From: Ectocarpus siliculosus | Lineage: Eukaryota | Assembly (NCBI GenBank): GCA_000310025.1 | Contig: FN649726.1 | Coordinates: 2,979,634-3,043,633 of the forward strand | Direction of reading: 5' to 3' | Length of the DNA: 64,000 nucleotides | Shown: positions 23,696 to 37,233 of the stretch, in pieces | Layout: every line of letters begins with the position of its first letter | Position numbering within the stretch: the first letter of the stretch is position 1 | Notes under the pieces: model-generated | What the model was told of the DNA's origin: nothing | Database searches by the model: none | What the model saw: the letters and a program-made list of their open reading frames with translations, nothing else | Program-made: the position numbers and the translations under genes

Positions 23696-26466
23696 TAGTA
23701 GCGCCCGAAACACATGCGCGCGAGGAGACGAGGAAGCAAGAGCAGCATGTGTGGGGCGGGACGGAGAGCGGTGCAAGGAATGGCGGCGCTGAGAGCTGTA
23801 CATACGGCCGTGTACAGGAGTAGGTTTCATGAGCCAAGTCAGTTAGTCACATGAGCGCAACGAGAGGTTGCGGCGGCACAAACACTGCCGTCGCGCGGAG
23901 GAAAACGCTATCGAGGGATGGGGATAGGGTAGTTAGGGCGCACCACCCACGAGGAATAGGCCGTCCTTGTCATCCACCGATGATCAGCTACGCAAAGAAA
24001 GGTAGAGGATGGCAGCACGGCAATACGATCGCGCACTCCAAAACGCGCGATGCCGCCGCCAACAACAGGCGGCCTCGTGTTGGCGCGGAGAGCCAGGCGG
24101 TAGTCACACTTCAATCCTGCATTGTCTTCCTCACTCTCTGCCATGTGTCGGTACCACTTGATCGACTCATCGTTGGTGTTCCATTCCTCGCCGTACGTTT
24201 GCCTTACGATGAACACAGCACTCGTTTGACTCAAAACATCAGTAACATCTATATATCCAATCTGCGCAACTACATTTTTACACCAGCATCTACATTTAAA
24301 CTCTGTATGGTCTGTACACCTACGTCTGCCATGCGAACTCGTCTTGCATCGTCTTTTCTTTACCTCTTGTAGACAATCTTCTTATCCCTCCACTCCACGA
24401 AGTTGCACATCTTGAGGGCGCGCGCCAGCACCGTCGACGTGATCTCCCGCACCGTGCGTGCTTTCTCCTGCGGTGGTAACAGCCGCCGCCGTCATCGTCG
24501 TCGTCGTCGTTTCCATCATTTTCGTTGTGACAATTGTGCTTGTTGTATGCATAGAATACCAGGTATGTCATCGTGGTTCTATCGTACTATTGCTTTGTGA
24601 TCGTATGGGAGAAGGCATCCCAGGCTCTACTCGGTTCCTCCCTCACGGTTGTATCGGTGAAAGACACCAAGGCTTGCGTGGCATTTGCTCATCCCATCTA
24701 CTCTTTCCGACAGCCTCCAGTGTTGGTTTTCCTTCAGCCACGCCGGTGGAACCGGGGATACACACAGGACCTCCGCTCTTGACCCCTGCGGGCGGGTGCC
24801 CCACGTTTAATCTCTGCCGCTAGAGGAGCAAAAAAAATGAAGAGACAAGAGCAACAACGTTCTTGGACTCCAATCTAAACTAGCAAGATGCTTCGTGTCG
24901 ACAACTTCTTGAGCAAGTCATGATGTGCGAGCAATGTGAACATTCACTCTTGTCGGGTGTGCTGGTTTGCCGCGGCACTGGCGTATATGCATAGGTGTTG
25001 TTTCGATACCATGCCACCGATGGTTCGAAGCGACCTATCTCCGCTGCTCCCAGAGGAGATGGCTTCCCTTTTTGCCCTATATCTCAAAACCCTGTGGTAC
25101 CTCTCGAAAACTACAACGCGTGCCAACCAGCAACGCCGCTGGCCGTGGTCGCTGCTGCATGAATTTCTTGTTCAAATGCTTCCCTCCGTCTCTGCCTCCC
25201 TCCGTCCCTACCCCCGTCCCGCTGGCTGTCTCTTCCCTTTCTCACCTTAGCCGAGTAGGTCTGATACCACTTGGTCAGGCGGGTCTTGCCTTGTCGGCTG
25301 ATGAGAAGCAAGAAGTTAATCTGAGTTGACCGAGCAGGAGTGAGAATTGAGAAGTCAAGGACGCAAGAGACAGCAGGCGCGACAACGACGACGTTGGGGG
25401 CAGTGAGAGTCGTCTTGTGTTGTCGTTTGTCGTGGGGAGGTATTTTGTGGCTTGATGGCAAACAACAACAACCGGCTGTACACGGGCCACAGTTGAAGAG
25501 CATTCGGTATGGAAGGCGCGCCTGCAGAGAGCTTCGTCAAACAGGCGAGGTTCCGTCGACCGAGGCAAAAAGCGGTGTGTGCCTTCGCAGCTCTTGGTAC
25601 TGAAACCTTTGGGCGCGTATGTGGCGGTACTGAAATGCAGCCAAACCTGCGCACTCTAGGATCCTAGCAACTCCTAGCTACACTGATGCGCTTCTGACCA
25701 AGCCGTTGTCTATTGCCAAAAGGCCTCTTGCCCTTATCTACAAAGAGAGCGATCAATTACTGCTGTCGTGCTGTAGCGCACGTTTGCCACTACTGGTCCC
25801 TGTGTGCTGCTACTGCTGTAGATTGGTGGTTGGATGATGCGTTCGTTGCAGTACGTCCAACGCAAGATACCACAGGAGGTTCCTTCACACAAAACGCAAC
25901 CGAGGTCGGGAATTGTGTCATTTGCTTCCCCTGCTTTCATGACCGCGGTTCTATCTCCGTCCAGGGACACCCACGGCGCTCTACCGAGTCTATCGGTCGC
26001 TCTAATGACCCTACAGCAGTACAGCAGTAGTACATGGTCTACAGATACGGTCGAGTAGACGCACTACTGCTGTATGTTACAACACGCAATACAGCTTTGC
26101 ACACGTTGCCCCCGGTAACGGGTTGGGATTCCCAAGTCTGCCTGCTTCTTCTCGAATGACGATCATCGGTTCGATTGCATCCGTTAAAACGAAGGTACGC
26201 TGCTGCTGTTGGCATTGGCATTGCCATGTGGTCGGAGGGTTGTTATATCGCGCCGACACGGCACCAACAACAAACAGGCCACACACCCTCCCTATTCTCC
26301 CCGCGTATGCATCTTTGTTGTATGTATAGCAGATGTGACTTCAGTGCTGACGACAAAAGGTGTTTCGATTGAGAATGCCCGCCAGCACGTACGGGGCGTA
26401 CATAGAATCCTACAGCAGCAGGTGATGCGAGCATTGCAGCTAGGGTGGAGCTGGGACACTCACCAT
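22691..26466 (-). CDS. AP1S: Clathrin adaptor AP-1 complex sigma subunit
   Basis: Exons (minus) 26466-26464 (ATG|GTGAGT), 25320-25246, 24467-24364, 23561-23372, 22801-22691, all in phase. Protein: [20 protein letters not shown]...[23 protein letters not shown]...[59 protein letters not shown]. Confidence 0.95.
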
Positions 26467-26950
26467 CGTTCAGCGTGAAGGTCTTCGCCTGCTGGGCGGA
26501 ACAAAAAGACAGCAGGCAGGCAGCAGAGATTCCGACACGCTCTCCACCGGCAATGCGTCCTTTTCAGCTCCTTCCTTCAGAATGGGGAAAAAACACGCTC
26601 AGTCTTTGACAACGTGGGCGCGCAGTATGTTCTCCCTCCCTCCGTCTCCGGGTTCTCTGTGTCTGTGTCTCTGTGCGACAAGCCAACCTGTTGTTGGTTG
26701 TTCGGTCAGCGGTTGTTGGTTGTTCAGACGCGGGGCGCCGCAGACCGTAGCTTAGTGATCCCTCATACGGCAAATATTGAGGCTCCGTGTATCTCAGGCC
26801 CACGCCGCACACACAACTGCTGTGCAGCACGTACAGACCTGCCCAGCAGCCCTCTCGCCACCCAGGTGCACACCACAGGCACTCGCCACTCGTGGAATCT
26901 GGAGAGGAGAGGAGAGAGGAACGGGGCGCTGAACGGACAGAGGCGACGCA

Positions 26951-29900
26951 ATGGCGACGCCCTGCCTGATCTTCTTCACCTCCTTGGTCGCCGTGACGGC
27001 CTTCGTGCCGGGTCCGACGACGGGCCTGGGTGGCAGCAGCAGCAGCACCAGGAGTGAGCGTGCATGGAGGCACTCCTGGGTAAGCAAGACGATGTTCTTT
27101 TACCCCTAGCGCTGAGCCCGGTGTCTTTCTAGTAGCTCAAGCAACGGGCGCAGAGTTACAACATGCGTTTCGACTGTTTGGTTGCAGAAAAAAGGAGAGG
27201 GCGCATGTGTTGTCAATCCCCTCGGTCTAGTGCACCCTGATCACCATGGACGAGGCTCGCTCTCGTCTCTTACTCCGTGGGTCGTTGCGGGTGGAGTCGC
27301 TTCCAGCGAAAGGGCATGCGTCCTCGCTGCCAAGGAGAAAAAGTTGGCGGCTGCAGCCTGGCGTGTGTCCGTGTGCGCCCGCCACAACTCCTGCTGCTGT
27401 TGTGATGAGACCCAAGAGTATATTTTCAGCTTCTGATTCTTGCATTTTTGGATCCCAGATCTTGGTGTGTGATCCATCTGTTAGGCATGACCGGTGAGGG
27501 TTGGACTGAGAGCGGGGGAAGGCATATGTATTCGTCCGTCTCCTTCATGCGGTGGGCATGACACAACGTTCTTGAAACTCGGCGTCGTTTTCAATAAAGG
27601 GATCGGTGGTTTCGTTTGCAGAGAGAAAGAAAAAACAGAAAGCGTTCGTCGAAAAAACTGCGGGAGCAACGGCTCAGCTCCCAAACTGGTAAACTACAGC
27701 AGTAACATCGTTGGCAAACGGCGGTCTTGTAAACATGCGCCTTGCTGTGTTGGTTGACCGTAAGATTGCGGGTGATCGCACCCCTGGAAGACTAACTTTC
27801 ATAGCTCAATTACTCCACCACATCCAGCAAGCCGCCCTTTCCGCAAATGGTGGATTGGGCAAACTGCTGCTGTCTCGCCGCGAGCTTGCTTCTAAATACG
27901 GTGGACGTTCGTCCGATTCGCACAACCCCCTGCTTCATACTTCATACTTCATACTTGTGCTGTACGTGCTGTTGCGGCGCAATCGCGTTGTTGCAGGCCT
28001 GTGTGAGGGTGTGTACGATGACCCGACATCAGTCGTACGCTACCCATGTCGGCTTTGCTTACGACACCGCGAAACCTTTGCAGCAGCTTTGTATGCATAC
28101 ATACACACCAATGAAAACGGAGGATGATGGCCGCTAACGAAGGAGCTGTGCATATAATAGGGCATCTCCAGCAATCAATCCACAGAAACGTACAGACCGT
28201 GCATGGTGTTCCTGCACGTGTGGCCGGGGTATCCCGACTACAGTACTGCCGTAATGTCCTTTGAGTTAGCGCCGCGGGGGGGGTATTTCCTTTTTTCTTT
28301 GAACAAACACCCCGGGATTAACGCAAAGGTAGAGGTGCGATTTTTTTAGGTAAGAAAATGCCCCGGGACGAAAAGTCTCTCCCCCCGACGGCGTTGTCTC
28401 TTTTCTGCTCTGGTGCACCTGCTGTGTAACACAACTCAGCTTGACCCACACGATGGGTGTCGGTGGAAGAAATACATCGTTTTATGTGAGCAACCCGCTT
28501 GCAAACACCAACACGGACACCAAATGGAACACACACGAGAATGCAGCCACAGTGGAAGGTTGTCCGTGGGTTTGTGTGCGAACGCCCCGTCGGGCGCCCC
28601 AACAATTTGCCGGAAAAAGAACAGCCCGGGGTTAATCCCAACGAGCCGAAAGAAAATTCATTCTTGCTGCTGCAGCTTCTGTTTAGAAATGTTGGCTCAC
28701 GAAAGAGCGAGCGAGGCACCTCCGTGTAGGCATTGGGCAAGAGGCGGCTGGGTGGTACAGCAGTCGTGTGTGTGATGATGGGTGAGTGCCGAAGAACAAT
28801 CAGAGACGGTTGTAGTGTCCGTGGCGATGAGTGCCATCGAATCCCGGGAGAGAATGTTCTCCCACGACCGTCTCCCCAGAACACGCTTGATTTCGCCGCA
28901 AAGCGCATGCGAAAAAGGGCGCACCTGATTCTAAGCACAGGTGTATGTGTGCATGCCTCTTCTTTGCTGAGTGCTGCCCACAAGTCTGTTTTTAGGCCAA
29001 AATGCGTTTTGGAGAGCTCTGTTCATTGCCCGTCGACACGTGTGCGTGGTTCCAACACCACAGGCAACAGCAGCAGTGGCATCAATAGTTCCATGAGCCA
29101 TACGGAATCAGTTAGTTGAAGAACATTGGAGACGTGAATTGCTGCACAACGCTGTACGTAAAAATGGTACTAGAAGGTACAACGTTTTTGCATATGCATA
29201 TGTACGGCGTACTGTAGTAGAAGCACGCGACTACTTCTGCTGAACAACATTTCATCCCCCTACATAGTACCCATCGCACCCACACGCGACAACCGCCCTT
29301 CTCCTCCAAAAGGTCTATCAGGCAGATTTCTGATATCCCCCCCGTCGTTCTTCCAATCAATCTGTCTCGCCGTCTTCCCCCCCCAAAAAAAATACATAAA
29401 AAAGCAGCAGCGCGGCGCAACAGCAGCAGGACCAACGGCAGCAGCAGCGCCGACGGTAAGGCAGGATGGACGGCGAGGCGGCGGCCTTGGCATGTCGGCA
29501 GGCGGCACGGATACGGTGGTGGTGACGGGCCTGGGGGTGGTATCGGGGGTGGGGACCGGCGTGGACGCGTTTTGGGAGGGTCTGCTCAAGGGCGAGAGCT
29601 CGATTAACAGGGTCGAAGGCTTCGATCCTGAGCGGTTCAAGTGTCAGATCGGGTCCGAGGTAAGCGTGGGAGGGGGGTGTTTTGCGGGTGGACCCTTATG
29701 CGTGTGTTGCCGTTGTCGTTTTTGCTTTACCGCGTGAGGCCCAGAGGCGCCTGCACGGACGGGTTTGAGTTTGCTTGCGCGGTGTTTCGGGTTGTTTTCT
29801 GGCTGTTTTCGGTCGTTGGTTAATATTTTTTTAGGCTCAGTCGTTGCAAACGCCCCTTTCAGTCGCTGCTACCATCGCTGTACTGTCCTACAGCAGCAGC

Positions 29901-32900
29901 AATCTTATGTGTGAACCGGGTCGTCTTTTCTGCAAAGCGCAAACCTACACCAGCGTCGTTGAACGGGTCGACGAGAATATGCACGAGCACGTTCGGTGGC
30001 TTAGGAGAGGGCTGCATCTTCGCCTGTTCGCGGGTTCCACACACCCTTGATCGATTTTCGGAGCCCGATTTTTTAACGATGGATATAGAGGTCATGACCG
30101 CCGTGGGTCTGCTGAATTGAATTCCCGATGTGACTATGGAGCGACGATACTGCTGCAGCAAGAGCTGTAGCAGAGGCGGGGATGAAGGCCGTCTGGAGGA
30201 AAGGAACGTCAGAATCGAAAAAATATACCAAGACGAAAAGGAAGGCGCTTCGCAGTTAGACGCTTTTCGTTTCGGTAGAATATTTTCATACCCCGAGCCA
30301 CGCTTACGAAAAACACCTTTTTGCCCCATGACAACACCATTTTCACCAAAGGAGTGATTGCTGCGAAACGATGTCATGTTGTTGTAGCGGGTTTTTTTGT
30401 TTTTGTAGCTTCTTCGGCTGTCTCCCTTAACCTCCATCATGTCGTCGCGGGTCGTTGTTCTGTTCTTTTGATCCGCGGTTTGTTTGCTTGCTCCTTGGTC
30501 TCGTCTCGTCGTGGCCAGGTGAAGGACTTCGACGCGTCCAAGTACTTCTCCGCGAGGAAGAGCATGCGGAACAACGACAGGGTCACGCACTTCGCGGTGG
30601 CGGCGACGAAGCTCGCCATCGAGGACGCCGGCGTCGACGTCGCCGCTAGCGGAGAGCGGTGCGGGGTAATGGTGAGCTTGTCGTCGCCGTTGCTGCTGTG
30701 CTTTGTTGAGACGCGAGGTGGTTCGGGTTGTGGTTGTCCAGGTGTGCGAGGTGATCATTCTGACTTGAGGGCCGAGTTGATTTATTGTTTGGTGTTGAGT
30801 TACTGCTACGCTTATTTATGTGTTGTTGAAGGCGGGGTGATTCTGAGCTTGTCCTTTGTCCAGCTGAGAGGTGATGTACTGGGTTAGGGTCGAGTATGTT
30901 TGCAATTTGATGTTGTGCTGTGGGGTGATGGGATAGTGTCTTCGTGTTTTAAGTGAGGTCTTGATACGCGTTGCTGAGCCGGCAGCGAGCGACCGCGGCG
31001 GGCGGTCAACGGGGGGTAGGGGGGGGGGAGGAGGCGGGGCGAGGTCCTCGTGATCGTCGTCATCAATCATGATCGTCGCGGCCTCCGCTGTTTCTTTTCT
31101 TATCTTCGCATCCTTGTGCCCCCAAAAAAAAAGCGGGTGGGTGTGCGTACCGTTGGTGTCGCCATATTTCGTTGCTCGTTGTCTTGAAGCAAGCTATATG
31201 CGAAGTACGAATTTATTGTTTGGAACTTTAGTTCGATCGTTCGTCCATACGTTGTTGTTGTTGTTGTTGTTGTTGTTGCAGAACAATCCTTTCTGCTATT
31301 CGGCTGAACGATGCTCTTTCGGTTCGACCTGCTGTGTGTGTGTGTTTTGATTATTAGCATCGACCGCGCTAACCGGCTGACCAATGAAAAGACGTCAGTC
31401 TCAGTGCGGTTGAAAACACAAAATACTTCAATAGGCCATTAACTCGATGTGTCTGTGTGTGTGTTTGCCTCCAAACTCACACTGGGTTTCCAGGTGGGCT
31501 CTGCGTTCGGTGGCATGGACACGTTCGAGAAGCAGACGCTCAACCTAGAGAACAAGGGCAAGGTGAGGCCGTACTGCTCCCCCCCCCCATTTATTCTGGA
31601 ACGTAAAAGAAATTGGTACATTCCAGGGGAGTAAGCAAGCAGCGTGTGTTGACAGGAGCTGGGATCGTGGTTGTTCCAATCCTCCAGAGCGAGATGCGTC
31701 CGGGTGCCCTTTCTCTTTTTTGGTCTACTGTATCAAATGTTGTTTTCTTTTTCCCCACGACCTCTTCCTTTCGCTCTCTCGTTTTCTCTTGTCCTATTCT
31801 GTTTTCCCCCCCACACACACCCCTTGGCCTCTCTTTTTTCTCTTCTCTGATTTTCCTCTCTCGTTCTTTTTCGTCTGTTGTTCCTTTCGTTGCGCGGCGG
31901 GTCGGACCGGGGACACTCTACCCCGCCTACCCCGCCAACAGGTGTCACCTTTCACGATCCCGGCCCTCCTGGGCAACACGGCCGCGGGGGTGATCGCGAT
32001 CGAGACGGGGGCCAAGGGGCCGAACTTCGGCATCGTCAGCGCCTGCGCGTCGGCGACGCACTGCCTCGGAGAAGCGATGCAGGCCATCCGGGAGGGAGAG
32101 GTGAGCTGCACCCTGTCCTGTTTGGATTCCTCCCGTGCTGCCCGCGGCGGCGACGGTGTTGAGCCCCACCCCCCACACTGATGCATGGTCAATGATGACC
32201 ATCTAACCACACTCAAAACATGAGAGATGCGCCTCCTGCTTGCGTGTGGTAAGTGTGCCTTGTCGCACGCATCTGCGGTCTTGTTTCGTTGTTGTCAACG
32301 ATACTAATTTTTGTTTGTCAGTCAACGATCACCCGGTTTTTTGTCGTTAGTCAACGATTATAGTATTTGTGGTTGTCAACGATCCTAATTTCGTTGTTGC
32401 CAACGACCCTAATTTCGTTGTTGTCAACGATCCTAATTTCGTTGTTGTCGACGATCCTAATTTTTTTTGTGGTTGTCAACGATCCAATTTTGCTGTTGTC
32501 AACGATCCTAATTTCGTTGTTGTTAACGATCCTAATATTGTTTTTGTCATCGATCCTTGTTTGTTGTTGCCAACGATACTATTTATTGCTTTGTTTTGTG
32601 GTTGCCAACGATCCTAATTTGTTTGTGGTTGTCAACGATTCTCTTTGTGGTTGTCGACGATCCTATTTTTTGTTGTTGCTGACGATCCTATGTCATGTGT
32701 TGTGATTGTCAACGATCCTTTTTTTGGCTGTTGTCAACGATCCTCTTTTTGTTTTTGTGAACGATCCTTTTTTTGCGGTTTGTCAACGATCCTATTTTTG
32801 GTTGTTGCCAACGATAGTTTTTTTAGCTGTGACCAACGATCCTTATTTGGTTGTTGTCAACGATCCTTGTTTTTGTTGTTGGTCAACGATCGGTTCATTG

Positions 32901-35900
32901 TTGTTTGCCCGCGATCCTGTTTTTGTGGTTTTCAACGACCCTAATTACGTTGCTGTTGCCAACGACCCCCTTTGTTCTTTGTCTTGCCATGTTGTCAACG
33001 ACTCGGGCGGGCGCCAACATCTGGACCTCCGGCGAATGAATCTTGTGCTGTCGGAACGTTCTCGGGACCGTTCTTGCAACCCTGGCAAAAAAAAAAATGA
33101 AATAAAAAAGGCGGACGTGATGATCGCCGGCGGTGCTGAGGCGGCCATGACTCCCCTGAGTTTCGCGGGGTTCTGCTCCATGAGCGCGATGGCCACGGGC
33201 CACAATGACAAGTAAGAAGCTTGCCTGAAAGCTTGCCTTGCCGCCCGGACGGTACGGTACGGCGGTAGTATCGGTAAAATTGCATGGAGGACCTCGGGCA
33301 GCGTGACGCATGAGTCTATTTGGGGGGGGAGAGGGTCGTTGATTGGCCCTACTTGCTTTCGGATATTATTATATTATTATTCTGGTCCTTGTTTTTTCTT
33401 CTGCCTGAAAGTTGTTGCTTTTCTCTCTTCGTCCTGAAAGTCGCCAGGCCCTCCTTCTTTCGTCCCTCAGCAACATGTATAACACCAGAAAAATGGAGCA
33501 TGAAGATGAGTGTAGGCTTGTGGGGGTCGGCAGCACCGAAACCCGACATTACAGCCGCAGAGCAGTAATAAGCTACTTTAGTTCTTCCGTTCCCTATCTT
33601 AAGGTGTGGTTCCTTGAATGTCACCGCCACCGCTATGTCTGTTAGGGGCAAGAACCACGCTCTCTTTCGCAAGCGATGCAAGCGTCGTCAATGATCAAAT
33701 GCCAGGGCAAAGCAACAACGGAGTAAATACCCCCTACGCCCTGTGCCCCTCCCCCCCCCCCCCCCCCCCCCGGGGTGTGTTTNNNNNNNNNNNNNNNNNN
33801 NNNNNNNNNNNNNNNNNNNNNNNNNNNNNNNNNNNNNNNNNNNNNNNNNNNNNNNNNNNNNNNNNNNNNNNNNNNNNNNNNNCCCCCCACTTTTTTTACC
33901 CCCAAAAAAAGGGCCCCTAAAAGTTGGTTTTGGTTTTGGGGGGTTGGGCCCCCCAAAACCCGACTTTACACCCCGAGGGGGGGAAAAAAGCCCTTTTTTT
34001 TTTCCCTTCCCTTTTTTAAGGGGGGGTTCCCTAAAATTCCCCCCCCCCCCTTTTTTTTTTGGGGGGAAAAACCCCCTTTTTTTTTCCAAAGGGAGCAAGG
34101 GTTGTCAAATTTAAAAACCCCGGGGAAAACCAAAAGGGGGAAAAATCCCCCTTCCCCCTGGGCCCCCCCCCCCCCCCCCCCCCCCCCCGTGGTTTGTTGT
34201 CTGCACATGTAGTCCTAAGGCCGCCAGCCGACCGTTCGACGCGGACAGAAGCGGTTTCGTCATGGCCGAGGGCGGCGGTGTCCTCATCCTCGAGGTAGAG
34301 TATTCTATCGACAGTATGGCTCATGGTTCTCGTCTTGTGCCGGAACTCGTTTTTAAGATGAGGATTACTTTTTTTTTTACGCCGAAACTCGTTTTAAGAT
34401 CAGGATGAAAGAAGTTTGTTTTATTGCAACTCGGTTCGCCTGCCACGAGGAGTGTACTGTGGGTGCGGAGTGGGGCGGGCGCTTCGCTGCGTGCCTCCCT
34501 TACCTCTCTCTTTTAGGCGAAGAATGTCCTGGTGCTTGGGGCGGAGGTCGGAGTGGGTTGAGCACCGCGCTTTCTTGTAGTTCGGGCAGCCTGCCTGCCT
34601 GCCTGCCAATGCGGTTGGTTTATGTATGTACCCAATAACGTATGCATGCGGTGAAATGGGACGGGGCGTCGAGACTGCCCGCGATACACACAAGGTTGGC
34701 GTGCGAAAAACACAGACGGCGAAGACTGCCTCCTCGGCTGCGCACGAACGAACGCGTTGTTCTTTCGACTTTTCAGACCACGGGGTAGGAGAGAAACAAC
34801 GCGGGAGGTGTATCTACTGCTCTAGTGCGTCGTGTTCTGACGAGATCACGTGCACGGTCAACCATAGCTCTGTCCCAGCCTCAGGCACCCGTGATGGCGC
34901 GCGTGTGCGCATTTGTTGTCATCAGCATCGACCGCGCGCTACTCAACCGGCTGACCGATGAACAGGGCGCCGGTCAGTCTCAGTGTGTGCCTGTCCGTGT
35001 GCGGTGTATGTGTTGCTGTTGTCGCTTTCTTCCGACCAAAAAGTAGTCGCTCGAGCACGCCAAGGCGAGGGGGGCCCGCATCTACTGCGAGTTGGCGGGA
35101 TACGGGGCATCGGGGGACGCGCACCACATCACCTCGCCGGAGCCGACGGGGAGTGGGCTGAGCAACGCGCTAGATAGAGCACTAAGGTGTTTTTTTTTTT
35201 TCAATGTTGTACCGCCGTGCGTGGCGTATATTCCATCGCGAAAAAAGATGGTCATCGCGTATGTGTGTGTGTGTGTGTGTTTATTAGCATCGACCGCGTT
35301 AACCGGCTGACCAATGAACGCGCCAGTCTTAGTGCAGTGTGTGTGTGTGTGTGTGTGTTTATTAGCATCGACCGCGCTAGCCGGCTGACCAATGAACGCG
35401 TCAGTCTTAGTGCAGTCTTAGTGCAGTGTGTGTGTGTTTGTGTGTGTCTTTGTTATCGGTGGCGTCGACCGCGCTAACCGGCTGACCAATGAAAAAACGT
35501 CAGTCTCGGCGCGGCTGAAGACAGAGAATGATTTGATTCTAAAGGCCATGATCGCGAGTTTGTGTCTTTCGTTATTAGCATTGGCCGCGCTAGTAGGCTG
35601 AATCGTGAAAATAAGAATACGTCAGTCTCAAGAAGAGTTGGGAAGAGAAAATGCTTCTGTAGGCCATGATCTGGGACCGCGTGAGGGGGCGTCATGGCGG
35701 AGGCTATTTAGGCTACTCTCCGGAGTAAAGACAGAAACAGCAGTAGCAACAGAAGAAGACTGCACGTGCTTATTGCCAAGGCTGCTGCTTTGCACGTGTG
35801 TGTGTGGTTGTGCCGCAACAAGGGGGTCAAACGTTAAGCGCATCTGTATTTCGGACCGCATGTGTATTTTTTCGGTGTGTGTGTACCGCCAGTTTTCCTG

Positions 35901-37197
35901 TCGGATGTTGTTGTTTGTCGCTGTGGTTGTCGNNNNNNNNNNNNNNNNNNNNNNNNNNNNNNNNNNNNNNNNNNNNNNNNNNNNNNNNNNNNNNNNNNNN
36001 NNNNNNNNNNNNNNNNNNNNNNNNNNNNNNNNNNNNNNNNNNNNNNNNNNNNNNNNNNNNNNNNNNNNNNNNNNNNNNNNNNNNNNNNNNNNNNNNNNNN
36101 NNNNNNNNNNNNNNNNNNNNNNNNNNNNNNNNNNNNNNNNNNNNNNNNNNNNNNNNNNNNNNNNNNNNNNNNNNNNNNNNNNNNNNNNNNNNNNNNNNNN
36201 NNTCCCTCGCCACAGAACGGAGACCTTGTCTGCACACTCGCACCATCTGCTGACTGGACTTGTTAAACCTTCTCTGCGTCTCGGTGTGTTTACCACCGAT
36301 CACAGCTTTGTCCGAAGGCCATGCGATAGCGATAAGCCAGCCAGCTACGTACCTACCTCCCAGGGTTTGGGCACGTACATAGCATACGTAGGGTTAGTTA
36401 GGGTTAGTTAGAGTTAGGGTTAGTTAGAGTTAGGGTTACCGTATATGACACAAGATAACACACCCCCTGGACCGATTTTCAAAGCTCGATTACTCCACGA
36501 CGAAGAGGATGCATAAATGAAACAATACGTTTTCGAACAGCTCTCGACGAGACGGTTCCAACGCCGCCGTTTTCGGCGCTGTGACTCTTCCTGCTGTTGA
36601 GAAATCGAGCTTTGAAAATCGGCCAAGGGGGTGTGTTATCTTGTGTCATATACGGTAGTTAGAGTTAGGGTTAGTTAGAGTTAGGGTTAGTTAGAGTTAG
36701 GGTTAGGGTTAGTTAGAGTTAGGGTTAGTTAGAGTTAGGGTTAGCGCATGTTTGCCCATGGTGGTCACCATCACCGCCTTCCCCCTCGCTGTTGTTGTGA
36801 TTCCCATCGCCGTCGGCGCGACAGGTCAGCGGGCATGGCCAAGGAAGACGTGACGTACATCAACGCGCACGGGACTAGCACCAACTACAACGACAAGGTG
36901 GGGGGGGGGGGGGGGGGGGGCACCGCGGCTTGGACTCCTGTTTTAATCCCCTTGTTTTTTATGTACAGTGAACCTGAGCGCTCAATCCAGGAAGTTTCCA
37001 CCCTCGCCCTTTTGTGATTTTCACAAAAATCTGTATTCTGCGTTCTGTTCAAGTCAGTACTAGGTCACCCTTAAGGTACATTCACCGTTGACGGNNNNNN
37101 NNNNNNNNNNNNNNNNNNNNNNNNNNNNNNNNNNNNNNNNNNNNNNNNNNNNNNNNNNNNNNNNNNNNNNNNNNNNNNNNNNNNNNNNNNNNNNGGT

Positions 37198-37233
<36 letters not shown>

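Noticed and set aside
32288..33003. CRISPR-like periodic array
   Set aside because: The linkers are short, T-rich and related to each other rather than unique spacers. There are no cas genes, and it lies in a eukaryotic intron.
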